Source of the DNA: Massalongia carnosa
Lineage: Eukaryota
Direction of reading: 5' to 3'
Length of the DNA stretch: 64,000 nucleotides
Assembly: GCA_965645245.1 (NCBI GenBank)
Contig: OZ287079.1
Coordinates: 310,001-374,000 of the forward strand
Part shown: one piece after another, positions 1 through 11,218 of the stretch
Position numbering within the stretch: the stretch's first letter is position 1
Layout: every line of letters begins with the position of its first letter
Notes under the pieces: model-generated
Told to the model about the DNA's origin: nothing
Database searches by the model: none
What the model saw: only the letters and a program-made list of their open reading frames with translations
Made by a program: the position numbers and the translations under genes

Positions 1-1617
1 GTCCTCGGACTAGCCCTGCCACATCACGCGACCCGGAAAGGGCTTACATAGATGACCCGAGTCTCTTTCTCGAAGGTCAGTTGTCGGTCTTTTGACTCTT
101 CTATGACCCTTATCGGTGCCGTTACCTTCGCCAGCGCTAGGGGGCCTTTTAATTGGATGAATTGATTTGAATGCTTTGAATTTGATTGGGCATGGGAACG
201 ACACAGGTCAGCTCGGGCAGGCCTAGGCACGTGACTCGGGGTCGGTGCTGAGGTGAGAACCTCATCTTCTAGGCCCGAGGCGTCTGCTGGCGCTCAACGA
301 TCCGATAGATGATGCCCGTCGGCGGTGCCCGACGGCGATGATCTAGATGGAGGTGCCCGGCGGCGCTCCGGATCGATGCCCTGGTTGACCTGTACTGTAC
401 GCCCATCGCTCACTTATGGTGGCTTCTAACTAGCTACGAATCTCGGGTGGCCGAGGGTGGGGAAAAGCGGCAAGCACCGACAGCGAGGTAGGGGCACCGA
501 GACAACGTGGGGTCGACGACGAGTCAGTGAGATGGATGAGGCCGAGTGAGAAGAAGTGAATGAGGAAAGAATTTTCGGGGGTTGATTCTTTGTTTACTTT
601 TACTCAGGGGCCTCACGTGACATAGAATCATCTCATCTTTCTATGAATTCAGCCCTACGGGGTGTTCATCCATTGCCTGTCCACGCAGCACCTCACAGTT
701 TGTTTATCGTTTGATAATAAAATAGACAGGAATCATCGGTTGCGTGAACTTGTCGATAAAATTTCTTTAATCGATAAATTCGATATTGAATTATTATTGT
801 AATTATCGTCTCGACATCGAGTGTTTATAATGTGTTATCGAGTGCGATCTAAACATGACATGCACAACAACAGAAAGAAAATGCAATCGTATCTATTCCC
901 GGGGAAAACCTTTCGGCCCCCTAACTACAGTATGGTGTAACTCTGCAACAACTAGATTCGTGATTGGCTGCAAACCGAGAGCACACGTTTCCGCCCCCAC
1001 CTTTCCAGCCCTAACTAAATAACGAAATCCACCAAAAACAGGTCATTCCGAGAACCCTACCTAACGTTGTTACCTTGCATACCCGTAACATGGCACACGC
1101 TCCGGGTCCAAATCTGCGATGATGATGATCCATCCATCCATCCAATGAGAATATCCGTTCGGAAGGGTCTATTTCCATCACCCATCATCCCGGTCTCGCA
1201 TCAGGCCATGCATTGCAGGTTGATCGAAAAATGGGCATCAGTCCACCCACCCCTCTTGACTGAATGGAGAAGGGAATTCGACAGCGATTTTCCGCAAAAC
1301 GCTATGCTTGTTTGTTCCAAGGCAGATTTGCTTGCACCGCTTCATTCTGCTGCAATCAACGATCTAACTAACTAACTAGCCATGTGGTCAGCTTCGGAGT
1401 AGTCTTGCTGGACATGGCTTTCTTTTTTCTCATCTCAGCATGACTTTTCAAAGCACGGTTCCGTCTTCGTTTCATTCTCGCGCAACCGTTGCAGTCCCTC
1501 ATATCTCTTGATAACGTTATTCGCTCGCAAGCTGGACCACTGGATCAGCACTCAATTCAATCGTCAAAATCTCTCTTGCACCGCGCATGACCTGGAAAGG
1601 AATATAGCCGAAAGACA

Positions 1618-2727
1618 ATGGAGCTGCAACCTCGCGGCTCGTCCGGGGGGATCCTCCGGGGTCCACTGCCCGAAGACACTACCAGGACCTCGCTTCTTGT
1701 GGCGATGTTGACCCTCGCCATTTATATGGCGGTGATTGTCGACCTCAAAGTGTTCACGACCTTTAAGCGGCGCAACACGCTCTACTTCTGGTCGATACTC
1801 ATCGCGTCATGGGGGATTATGAGCCACTCGACGGGCATCATTCTGAAATGGTTCGTCGGGGCATGTCCGTGGACCGTCAACACGGCCTTTGCCACATTTG
1901 GCTGGTGGGGGATGGTGACGGGCCAGAGCCTGGTGTTATATTCGAGGCTCCATCTGGTGGTCCGAAAACCGCAGGTGCTGCGTGCCGTCCTCGCCATGAT
2001 CGTGGTGAATTTCCTCGTCTTGCAGGTACCGACGACGGTCTTGACCTTTGGGAGTAATCAGGAGCATCCGGGAACGTGGCTCACCGTCTACAATCTGTAC
2101 GAACGGATCCAACTGATCGTCTTTACCCTGCAGGAGCTACTGATCTCCATCGTCTACATCCGGGCGGCCAGTAAGATGCTCCTGCCAACCGATCCCGCCG
2201 ACGCCCAACACACCAAGAGGTTCTTGATCTACCTCAACGTCCTGTGCATCGTCCTGGACGTCGTGTTCGTGATCGAAGTCTACAGCGGCGACTGGGTGTA
2301 CAAAACCGGCACGCAATCGCTTGCCTACGCCATCAAGCTCAGCATCGAGTTCATCGTCCTCAACAAGCTGATGAACGTCTATCGCTTCGGCCCGGGCTCG
2401 TGTTCGGCTTGTCGCCGGAAACTCAACGTGACCGGCCTCAGCCAAGGCTCCCACGGCCGAACGCCGGCCTCGACCGACGAGACGCGCACCTCGCTCAGCC
2501 GTCCGAGCCCCGGTCGCCGCCAAAGCGCCTTGGGCAAGCGCATGCGCTCGTGGTCTCGAGTCTCCTTGCGGAACGTGAGGCGGCCCGGGTCGGTCGAGAG
2601 GGCGATGGTGAAGCAGGATCTTCCTGAGCCCATGATTTACTGTGTCGGTGTCGGAGATGAGACGCGGGATTCGGACTTGGAACGCGGACGGACAGATGCT
2701 GCAATAAGTTACGAGATACAACGGTAA
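1618..2727 (+). CDS. Fungal multi-pass integral membrane protein (DUF7703-like), intronless, 369 aa
   Basis: Long GC-rich ORF with about 7 hydrophobic segments, family-typical motifs YFWSILIASWG, MVTGQSLVLYSRLHLV and YAIKLSIEFIVLNKL, and a hydrophilic C-tail. Confidence 0.8.
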   Translation: MELQPRGSSGGILRGPLPEDTTRTSLLVAMLTLAIYMAVIVDLKVFTTFKRRNTLYFWSILIASWGIMSHSTGIILKWFVGACPWTVNTAFATFGWWGMVTGQSLVLYSRLHLVVRKPQVLRAVLAMIVVNFLVLQVPTTVLTFGSNQEHPGTWLTVYNLYERIQLIVFTLQELLISIVYIRAASKMLLPTDPADAQHTKRFLIYLNVLCIVLDVVFVIEVYSGDWVYKTGTQSLAYAIKLSIEFIVLNKLMNVYRFGPGSCSACRRKLNVTGLSQGSHGRTPASTDETRTSLSRPSPGRRQSALGKRMRSWSRVSLRNVRRPGSVERAMVKQDLPEPMIYCVGVGDETRDSDLERGRTDAAISYEIQR

Positions 2728-3558
2728 TGCGTGAATTATATGATACATGGGGCGTTGGCTGGACGGAGACGATCCGCTCCCAACATCGATAAGGTGATCC
2801 AAGGAAGTGGAAAGAAGGGCGAAGTTGAATAGTGAAACCCCAAAGATCTAGCAAAGTTTCAACTCCTTTCCTGAAGGAAACAATTGTCAAATGCTGTTTT
2901 TTGTTTTCACGGATAGGAATGCATGGGCCGCTGTACACAAAAGAAGCGACTAGGATCTAACGGTTAATATTCTCTCTTTTTAGTGGAGGTCGAGAAGAGA
3001 GGAGGGGAGTAGTTTGCCAGGATTAGAGGTGAGAGGAATAAATATGTGAAGGGAAGAGAAGAGAAGAGAAGAAGAGGCGAGAGGAATAAATATGTGAAGG
3101 GAAGAGAAGAGCAGAAGAGGCGAGAGAGCTAATATCTTTATTTTTGGACGTTATTCTATCATGTTTGCGCAATTCGAAGACTTGAAAAATAGTATTCGAT
3201 AGCATAAACAAAAGCTAATCATGACGACCGATCAATAATCCTAATCCCTGCTTGATTAGACGAAATATTCATACAATCCTCATCAGCAGCAGAATTGGAT
3301 AAGAATGATTCCCGACGTAGTCTGATGCTTCGCGTCGAGATCTGGGCTTGAGCGTTGATTGACGAAGAGACAATATTCATCTCGTCAATGTGAACTCAAG
3401 ACGATTCGTGAGACATATGGTAAGCGATGATAGGCGTAGTATGTCCGTGCATCCCCGTTGTCCTTTATCGGCGAAACCCACAGCATCGGCAGCTCCCATT
3501 CGAACTCGAAAGAGATTTATTGTTCTTAGCGTTGTCTTAAGCACACAGGACAGGTATT

Positions 3559-4805
3559 TCACCTCCACGCTGGCGTGAATGTTTCGGGCTCCAACGGATG
3601 ATAAATCTCCCCACGTTCCGCCGCTTTGATCCTCCGTATCGATTTCCACATAGGGAAGACATTGTCAATCCCATTCTCATCGGCTGCTTGCAGGGCTCCA
3701 TCAGCCCATTCATCGGCATTGGGAGCACTGGGTGAAGAAACACATTCCGCTGGGCAGAGCGAGCGATCGATCGAACTTGGTTTCAAATATGGAAAGGCAG
3801 CCTCTTCCCTTTGATTTAAGTCGTCGATAAACGATACAGCTGTTGACAGGGGAACTCGGATAGCATGGATGTTTTCATCCGCATCGGCCCTTGCGAGTGG
3901 AATGGACTGTGCATGGATACTATCGAATCTTATTAGTGCGCTTAAAGACCCTTCGTCACCTGTTAAGACTATTATCAGGTTTTGCTTCGGTATGACTTTC
4001 TCCAGGTACACGTATCCTCCTTCGCAGTCACGGGTAGGAGCAAGCTCGTCAAGGATCATTATTATTGCTCGACAGAGCGGAAGCAATTTGAATCTCGAGG
4101 GTCAGGCCATCTCGCTATGGGGTGCCTATCGATTTCGCCATGTTCAATCTTATCAAGCAGACCAGTTACCTGCTCGCAAAAGGCCTTGTGTGCCATGAGG
4201 ATGGCAGATATCGTCGGGGGACCGGTCGCGGTGATATGCACGGGATTTGTGAAGAAGTGTCCGAATTCGATATTCGGGTTGTGGCCGTTGCAGCGATGCC
4301 ATTCGTAGTAGATACATCTAAAAGGCAGCAATGGACACCTACCCCGTATTTGAGCCGAGTGTGGCCAGTACAGCGTCCTCGGTTTGTCGCAGAATATCTT
4401 GAGCCGCTGACAGCCAATGGCTTGCGGTGACAAGGTCGTGCTCGTCAAGCTGAACATCTGCTCGCTTGTCCAATTCCTCCTGGCTATTTGACGCTGGTTG
4501 ACATCTTTTCGGCAGTAATGGTAATACTTTATGAGCTCCACCCTTAGCTTGGCCTTCATCTCCGGTAACAGTGGCTCTTCGTTTGGAAAGCAAAACCATT
4601 CTCGGTCTTCAACGTGGAGGGCCTTCTGTGCCTGAATGGATAGGTCGGACGCTGCGTGTGGGTTGGTTTGTGGCTTCAGTGCGCTGAGAAACGGGCCCAG
4701 CATGCATTGATAGGTAGAAAATGAGGAGTTGGCGAAGCTGTCCTGTGACGAGGGAATCAAGTTGGTTGAGTCTGACGACGCCCGGTTGTGGTCAGTTCCG
4801 GACAT
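3559..4805 (-). pseudogene. Hypothetical fungal protein gene split by a single frameshift (or assembly error) near 4090
   Basis: ORFs 4062-4805 and 3559-4086 overlap. Adding one T (GATTCAAATTG to GATTTCAAATTG) gives a continuous ...RWPDPRDFKLLPLCRAII... of about 415 aa. Confidence 0.5.
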
Positions 4806-5483
4806 GGTGGCAGTCCCGCGGAGTGGAGGAAAGGAGTAGCAATGTTTCCAACAGTGCTCAAGTATTTGAACAATCTATCTGTGTAATGGAATAGCGGAAA
4901 ACTACCGAGTTGTTGATGAAAGATGAAGTTCCGTCAGAATCTAGGAATTATCATGGAAAAGAAGTTCTCGCCTACGGGTACGCACGAAACCGGCGAGATC
5001 GCACATGCAAGAACGAAAGCCTGTTCCTTTTACAACATCTTCAATCCAATCGGCCTCATATGCATTCGGAAGATGATTCCTTGACTGAACTTGTCGTTGT
5101 GATCTTGCCGTCACACCGTTGGTCGATTGATCGGTTTTGGATGTGCCGACCTACTTTGCTGCCATCTCTCAATGAACGGAGAGCGCACCCAGAGACACCG
5201 CGTGAAGGTGTAGGGTCGGACTTGATCTCCGAGAACGATGGTGAGCGGTAGTATGACAACTACCCTGATTAACCCGGAGAACAATGCAGTCCACAAGCTG
5301 TTGCAGGCTCACGAATAGCCTCCCCCCGACGTACTGGGCCGTCGTGCGTCCGAAGACCGCCTCCACCCTTCGTGCATTCGCAACAGCTCTCGTGAATTGT
5401 TCTGGTTAATCTCTCACCAGTGCTGAGGCCGGGTCGGTCGCCGGCCTCAAATATCGTGAAGACAAGTGATGCCATGACATGCA

Positions 5484-6096
5484 TCACTTGGAAGATTTGG
5501 CTTGCGTGGCGGCTTGGTGAACAGGACGAGAGGCCGGACAGCACGATGAGAACGATCGTTGCTTGCCGAGTTCCTCCATGTCTGCCTCCTCCCTTGCCGC
5601 CAGTACAACGACCTTCTCCACGACCCGATATCCAATTTCGGCCTTATGGTCTAGCAATATACGCAGCATTTGGGCCCCAAAGATGCTTCCAAGCACCGCA
5701 AAAAGCCGCGATCTTGCTTGGTATGTACTCGGTGACCTTTCTCGTCCGAGATGCTTGCTTCAGATACCCGAGCCGATTGCCAGATTACTGCCAATGTGGC
5801 CTGATTGACGACGTGAGGTTAGGCGAGCACGCGAAGTCGATCCGGCTGGACCCCGTCTTTCCGGCATGCTATGATAAAGGACTGCCACACCACTTCGGAG
5901 CAGAATAGTTTTTGATCTTCGGTATTGGTGTCTCTCTTTTTGATATTTTCATAGTGGATAATGGCGCTACTCCGCCCATTGACTCGATTCGAATAGATGG
6001 CGTTGATGTCGGACTTCCCGTGGAGATCTCGCACGTCCACCCAAAGGAAGCAATTCGTGATTTTTCAGCGTGCAAGCTCTCTCTCTCGCTCTTCAT
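5484..6096 (-). pseudogene. Degraded hypothetical fungal protein gene
   Basis: Consecutive fragments in shifting frames (YSNRVN..SEVVWQSF..; LGSIFGAQMLRILLDHKAEIGYRVVEKVVV) resemble a widespread uncharacterised ascomycete family. Stops and frameshifts are present. Confidence 0.3.
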
Positions 6097-7429
6097 TTAG
6101 TCATCTTCTGCTGCAGCGTCTTTCCGACAAGTTTATAGAAATACGCGAGGACAAGCGTTGTGTCAACCTTTCACATGAATTCAGGAAGGATGAAAAAGGC
6201 TGTATTCTGTATGTGGGAAATGCCCACATCTAGCTACCTATATAGAAGGGAAAAGGGGTCATGGCAGCAACGATATCAACCCCGGCAAATTGAGGGGTAA
6301 AGGTGTGGAAGAAATGGCGTAGCTTAGCGGCATCTGCCGCGACAGGGGGTCGAGGATCGGCGATGAGAATCGACCACATTCAGGTTTGACACGTTGATAC
6401 AAGGGCGAAGAGGTGCGAGAATGGCTGAACTTAAGAAAACACTTCAACGTGAATGCATTTTCTTTTCTCCTAATAACCGAGGTCAAAATGAGATGTTATT
6501 TGAAATGTAATGAGGATCTCAATTTCAATAACAACCGAAAAGCTGAGTACAATGTCTAAGCGGGTTTTATCCCGAACATCCACTGCTTCCATAAAGATTT
6601 TAGTGGCCTTGTATGCCCTACCATGTAGATCCCAATTCAGAATACGTCTTCTTACTACTATGTTTTATAACCTTTCACTTCAAAATCCTATTGGCGCCTC
6701 AATGCACCAGGCTCAGCATGCTTGTGGGAAGAGCTTCAGGATTGCATAATGAGACTAATATGTTATTGTGAGTCCACCTACCTGCACCTGGCATAGTACG
6801 ATGACTACGTCTTGGTGCTTGGTTTGGTGGATGATAAATGGATTCTATCTTGGAAGGGCTACTATCTATAGTGGGCGGATACGTGATAAGCACGTGCCCG
6901 CTTGTTCTAGCCCTTCTGTTGTATGTTCAACTTCTACCAGCACAACTAGAGATTAGATTAGATCAGATCCAGCCTCACCGCATTGGTTACTCAGGCTCGG
7001 ATAAACTATTATCACTTCGCTTAGTAGAGGGTGACCAGTTAAAGGAGAAGATTGCTCTGTAGCAATTCTTCATCTTACACATCAGGGTCATACATATTGT
7101 CATTTGTTACATAGCCATATAGCCATAGTCATATACCTATTTCAACACCTTCCGATCCATTCTATTCTAGTCTTATCAGGCTAGTCCCCTTCCTTCTAGA
7201 ATCCCCCTAGAATCCCTTTCTGGAATCCCCCTTTTGGTACCCACAGTAGTATATACATACATATATGAATTGGTAATGTTTATACTTAACGTGGATTGCA
7301 AGGTTGGATCCATTATAGCGAAATAATATCAATGATTGAGAACATTCACACTTGGTAAGAAACGTCAGCACAGCAGCATATACATATATTACAGGGAATA
7401 CACCCCGAACTTAGTAATGGGGATTGCCG

Positions 7430-7630
7430 TCTTGAGACGAGAAAGGGAGCAGAGCCGCTTTAGAGAGAGCAGCGAGAGAGTAGTGAGAGAGCAGCAAAGG
7501 AGCAGTGAGAAGCAGCGAGAGAGCACGAGAAAGCATTAAGAGAGCAGTGAGAGAGCACGAGAAAGCATTAAGAGAGCACGAGAAAACACAAAGAAGCATA
7601 GAGAGAACACCAAAACGAGCAGAGAAGATG
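7430..7630. repeat. Purine-rich low-complexity repeat (GAGAGCA(C/G)-type units)
   Basis: Repeated gagagagca / gagagcacgagaaagcattaa blocks are directly visible. Confidence 0.7.
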
Positions 7631-8232
7631 CAGTAAAAATAGAATATTAATCAATGATGCGAATTCAAAAAGATGAAAAGAATTGTATTTTTTGAGGAGA
7701 AAATGCTCACATTTAACTAGCTATATAGAATGAAAAGGAGGTCATAACAGGAATCTCAGAGAAAAAAGGAATAAAAGTAAGGGATCATGTGATCTCGTTT
7801 GATTGACATCTGTCGAGACAGGGGGCCGAGAATCGGTGTTGAGGATTCGGTCGACATCGAGGTTTGACACAATGCGAAACAAACTTCCGTAATATCAACC
7901 GTGATATTCTACGCTTGCACACTGAAAAAGAAATAACTGCACTTCATCTCAGAGCTTTACAATCAGAATATTCAGTACTGCACCAAGGAGCTAGACCTTT
8001 TGAGAGAGTTCCTTCTCAGGCAACTTTTGATTTTCATTAGGCTGATATGGTGGATTTGTCGAAAGACTATCTGACAGGAATATGTCTATAGCCCGATGAA
8101 AGATCGACACATGCAATCACGCTGATGGCGTTGACAGCTTTTATCGAACTTCATCGTTAACAATTCTGTTTCTCGGCAAAAGAACATCTTCAATTACTCG
8201 CCAGTTGATTGTCAAAATAACTTCAATGAAGT

Positions 8233-8615
8233 CTATCTATTCTTATCTAGACCATTTCCAACCAAAACAATCAAGACAGCGGTATACCTAGATTCAAAGG
8301 TTAGCCAGAGACACAAACACGTGAAAGCACATCCAGATCACAGGGGTAAACTAACGCAGCTACAATGGCAAACATCTCCTGATTCTTGCAAGCTGTCATA
8401 GCGGCAAGCATTGTCGCAAAAGTAAGAGCAAAGACAACCACAAGAGCGAGCCGTATAACCAAGCGACGTTCAAAATACAGCGCAAACATAGGACCAGTTA
8501 TAACAGAAACTGCAGCAAGAGTTACGAACATTCGTACAATATGATGAATGGTCGTCAAGCTGAAATAGGAAACATAGGCTTGATCAGAGACAGCATGAGG
8601 TTTGAAACGGTGTTT
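8233..8615 (-). pseudogene. C-terminal fragment of a DUF6594-like membrane protein gene
   Basis: Hydrophobic helices ending EMFAIVAA|YTAVLIVLVGN, with a canonical intron (GTTAGT...CTAAC...TAG) at the A|Y junction. The 5' part of the gene is not visible. Confidence 0.55.
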
Positions 8616-9119
8616 CTAAATGATTGTTAACTCTTTACTTTCAGCTCGATCGTCAAACGCTACCCATAATGTTTATTACAAGCGTCATTTTTAAATTTTA
8701 GTTTGAATCTACAGTATCGAGGTTCACAGGTTTCTTTGATGAATCACTCTGAACACCTTTCTCTGCATTGACGCCTTTTATGGCAACTTCACCGTTGGAT
8801 CTGCGACTCTCCACCTTGAGAGGCTTGCTTTCTGTGGTACGAATTGAGGTAGGAGCGTCCAGGGGTTGTTCCGGGGTGAGTGAAGAGCCAATGCTGGCTT
8901 TGTCGAAGAAATTCTCGGCCCCATTGATATGAGACATCACAGTATCTTTATCCTTTGAAATCTGCCCATCACCAGTGCTCGACCCGCGACGAGGCCGAGA
9001 AGATTCAAGTAACTCAGCTGCATGCTGTGTGACTGAAGAGGGTTGAGAGTCGTATTCAAAGCTTATCCATCGATTGAACTTGAAGTAATTAGCGGATTAT
9101 TACTTGCAGCGAAGATGAG

Positions 9120-9515
9120 ACGCACAGAAGCTAAACGGAATCCAAGCCAGAGGATCCTTTCCGCCCGCGGCGCTGCCATTGATGGCAACTCCAACACACG
9201 CTCTTCATCGTCGATCGTTGTATCGTCGAACCAAGTCTCGGGGAAGTACCATTGACTGTAAATTTGACCTCGGATGATGAAGTCTTCCGGTAGTGGTCAA
9301 CCAAAGCCTTCTTCGGGTTTAGGGGAGGTCTCCGCCTGAACCCGAAAAGTCAGAGTGTTTGGTTTTGCCAATTTATTCAAAAAAGAACAGATCTCGGTCC
9401 AAGGAACATCCTGTTCAACGTATATCATTGCTTTCTCGACTGCGTCAAGGCTCCATAGAAATACGAAGTAAACGTGGACCAAAGGGAAAACATTCTTGTC
9501 ACCAATACGGCTCAA
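9120..9515 (-). pseudogene. Internal fragment of an Est1/Ebs1-like DNA/RNA-binding protein gene
   Basis: Reads VPWTEICSFLN...G*PLPEDFIIRGQIYSQWYFPETWFDD...ERILWLGFRLA, matching the fungal Est1-type RPLPED..RG..W.LG motif. There is an in-frame TGA at the conserved Arg and a 5' truncation. Confidence 0.6.
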
Positions 9516-9519
9516 TTTC

Positions 9520-9612
9520 TGTATTTTCTTTGTAAAAATCGCCCGTCTATGAAAAAAATTTGCTATGACCCGTATTCGTTTAAAAAGGGTTCGTTATAAA
9601 AGGGGTTGATTG
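9520..9612 (-). mobile_element. Probable orphan Tc1/pogo terminal fragment
   Basis: Minus strand reads TA|CAATCAACCCCTTTTATAACGAACCC, similar to pogo/Tigger-type ends. It abuts the truncation point of the Est1 fragment. Confidence 0.3.
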
Positions 9613-9717
9613 TATATAGATTCCGCAGTGCTGATCACGTGAGGGGCAAGCTCACTCTAGAAGATTTCACACCACTCAAAAGTGGGCAATGTGGCTAGTT
9701 AATTCAAAAGCATGTAT

Positions 9718-10988
9718 TTGGCAGCTGGAAACTTTCAATCCCTATGATCCAAACAATCTGGACAATCTGGAGACGAATAATCAGCCCCCTTACCTCGTCA
9801 AATTCAACCAAGGGAAATGGTCGACATAGAGTATGGATTGGAGCATCAACGGGGACCAAAAATTCAAGAATCCACGCAATGGAGTGATCCCATCCGGGCA
9901 GAGGAATGGGATTCTTGCATAACTAGTACGAAAGAAGCTGTTTCGAATTTGATTCCCGGAGTAAGTCAGCTAAACAGAAGACGAATGTCTCGTAAACGAC
10001 TGAGACCAGAATCCGGAAGATTGGGACTCGCCATGGAAGATGCGAAGCAGGCTATAGCCATAAAGCTACAAAAAGATTAAGAGGCTGAAAAGAAACGAAC
10101 GGACAATAACTTCATGAGGTTATGGCGAATGGAAAGAGACGACAATCACGTCAAGGGGGTAGCTGCTCGAAAGGCAGAAAGGGATCGAGTCAAACGACTA
10201 AAAGAAATGAAGAAGACTTTCGGTCCCATTTCGGTTGAGCTGTATGAAGTAATTCCCGATCTGGAGGCCATTTGGAAAGCAATGAATGAGGTGTGGACAG
10301 CTGAGAAGGCGAAAAATGAAGCAAGAAAAAATCCACCGTGTCAGTGCCAGTGCCAGTGTCAATGTTAAAAGAGACATCACGTTTATTATAGATGAGGCTG
10401 GGCATGGAGACATTTCAGGCATTTCAGAAGAAGAAGCATGGTTGTATGATGATTTCGTATCTTTCGATTTCGACGAATCTTTGCAACCAGGAGATGCGAA
10501 TGATTATGTGGAGGATTAGGATGCAGGGTACGCGAAGTATGCGGAAAATCAGGAAGATCAGGAGGGTCAGGGGGTTCGGCGGGATGATTTTGACGGCGGC
10601 AATGATGATAACGATGCTTTTCAAGCTTTGTACTGTACTAAGTAATGATTAATCAATGTGGTTGAGGGTACATAAAAGCTGAAAAATGTTGAATGGCGGT
10701 TGCGATTATGGCTCACTGCCTCATAACGTAAATAGCGGGTAGTCTAATCTTCTCTAGGAAGGTTTTAGGTTTAGCGTGCTTTGCCCTTTGGTGAAAAGTC
10801 TGCTCTTTTCCTTTTAGACAGCTATATAGTCAATGCGATCACCTGCAACTAGAGTCTCCTGTTAACTAAAAAGATGAAAAAATTTCAATTTGGAAGGATG
10901 CATTTCGCTTTCAGGATGCACTTCGCTTTTCCCGACTAAAATGCGATCGACAATTTATTCGGAACCCCCAGGTAAGCGAGCCGACGAT
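9718..10988 (+). mobile_element. 3' remnant of pogo family A DNA transposon
   Basis: Transposase C-terminal peptides (QWSDPIRAEEW, RKAERDRVKRLKEM) are homologous to 53214-54278. It ends in the family terminus GCGAGCCGACGAT|TA. Confidence 0.85.
10687..10867 (+). mobile_element. Solo LTR (Copia type, TG...CT termini) inside the family A TIR
   Basis: AAAAA 5-bp TSD on both sides. Both ends match the LTR at 61866-62017 (TGTT.AATGGCGGTTG ... ATAGTCAATGCGATCACCTG ... GAGTCTCCT.TTAACT). Confidence 0.75.
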
Positions 10989-11031
10989 TAACATCGAATC
11001 CGATTCAGCCTTGTATGAGTGATGATGAATA

Positions 11032-11218
11032 TGTTGATGTTACGCTAAACATTAGCCTAACGGACAAGTGTCAGGCAGTTGGTGACTGCTTGGCCGGAAT
11101 GGGCCTAGGGTAGTTTAGCCGATGTGGGTGCTCAAAAGCACCCACGATAGAATTAATCAAAACTATTCCTTCTAAATATTCGTACATGCACTATAGTGAT
11201 CAACAATTCACTTCAACA
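11032..11218 (+). repeat. 5' LTR of Copia element
   Basis: TGTTGATG...CTTCAACA direct repeat of 17544-17730. Confidence 0.95.

Noticed and set aside
1..900. Short ORFs and a TCGA/CGAT-rich AT block
   Set aside because: No recognisable protein motif, termini or TSD. It may be the upstream region of a gene outside the window.
2137..2938. Overlapping ORFs around the membrane protein gene
   Set aside because: Alternative-frame products of GC-rich coding sequence.
3028..3112. ~32-bp purine-rich direct repeat
   Set aside because: Low-complexity local duplication with no further structure.
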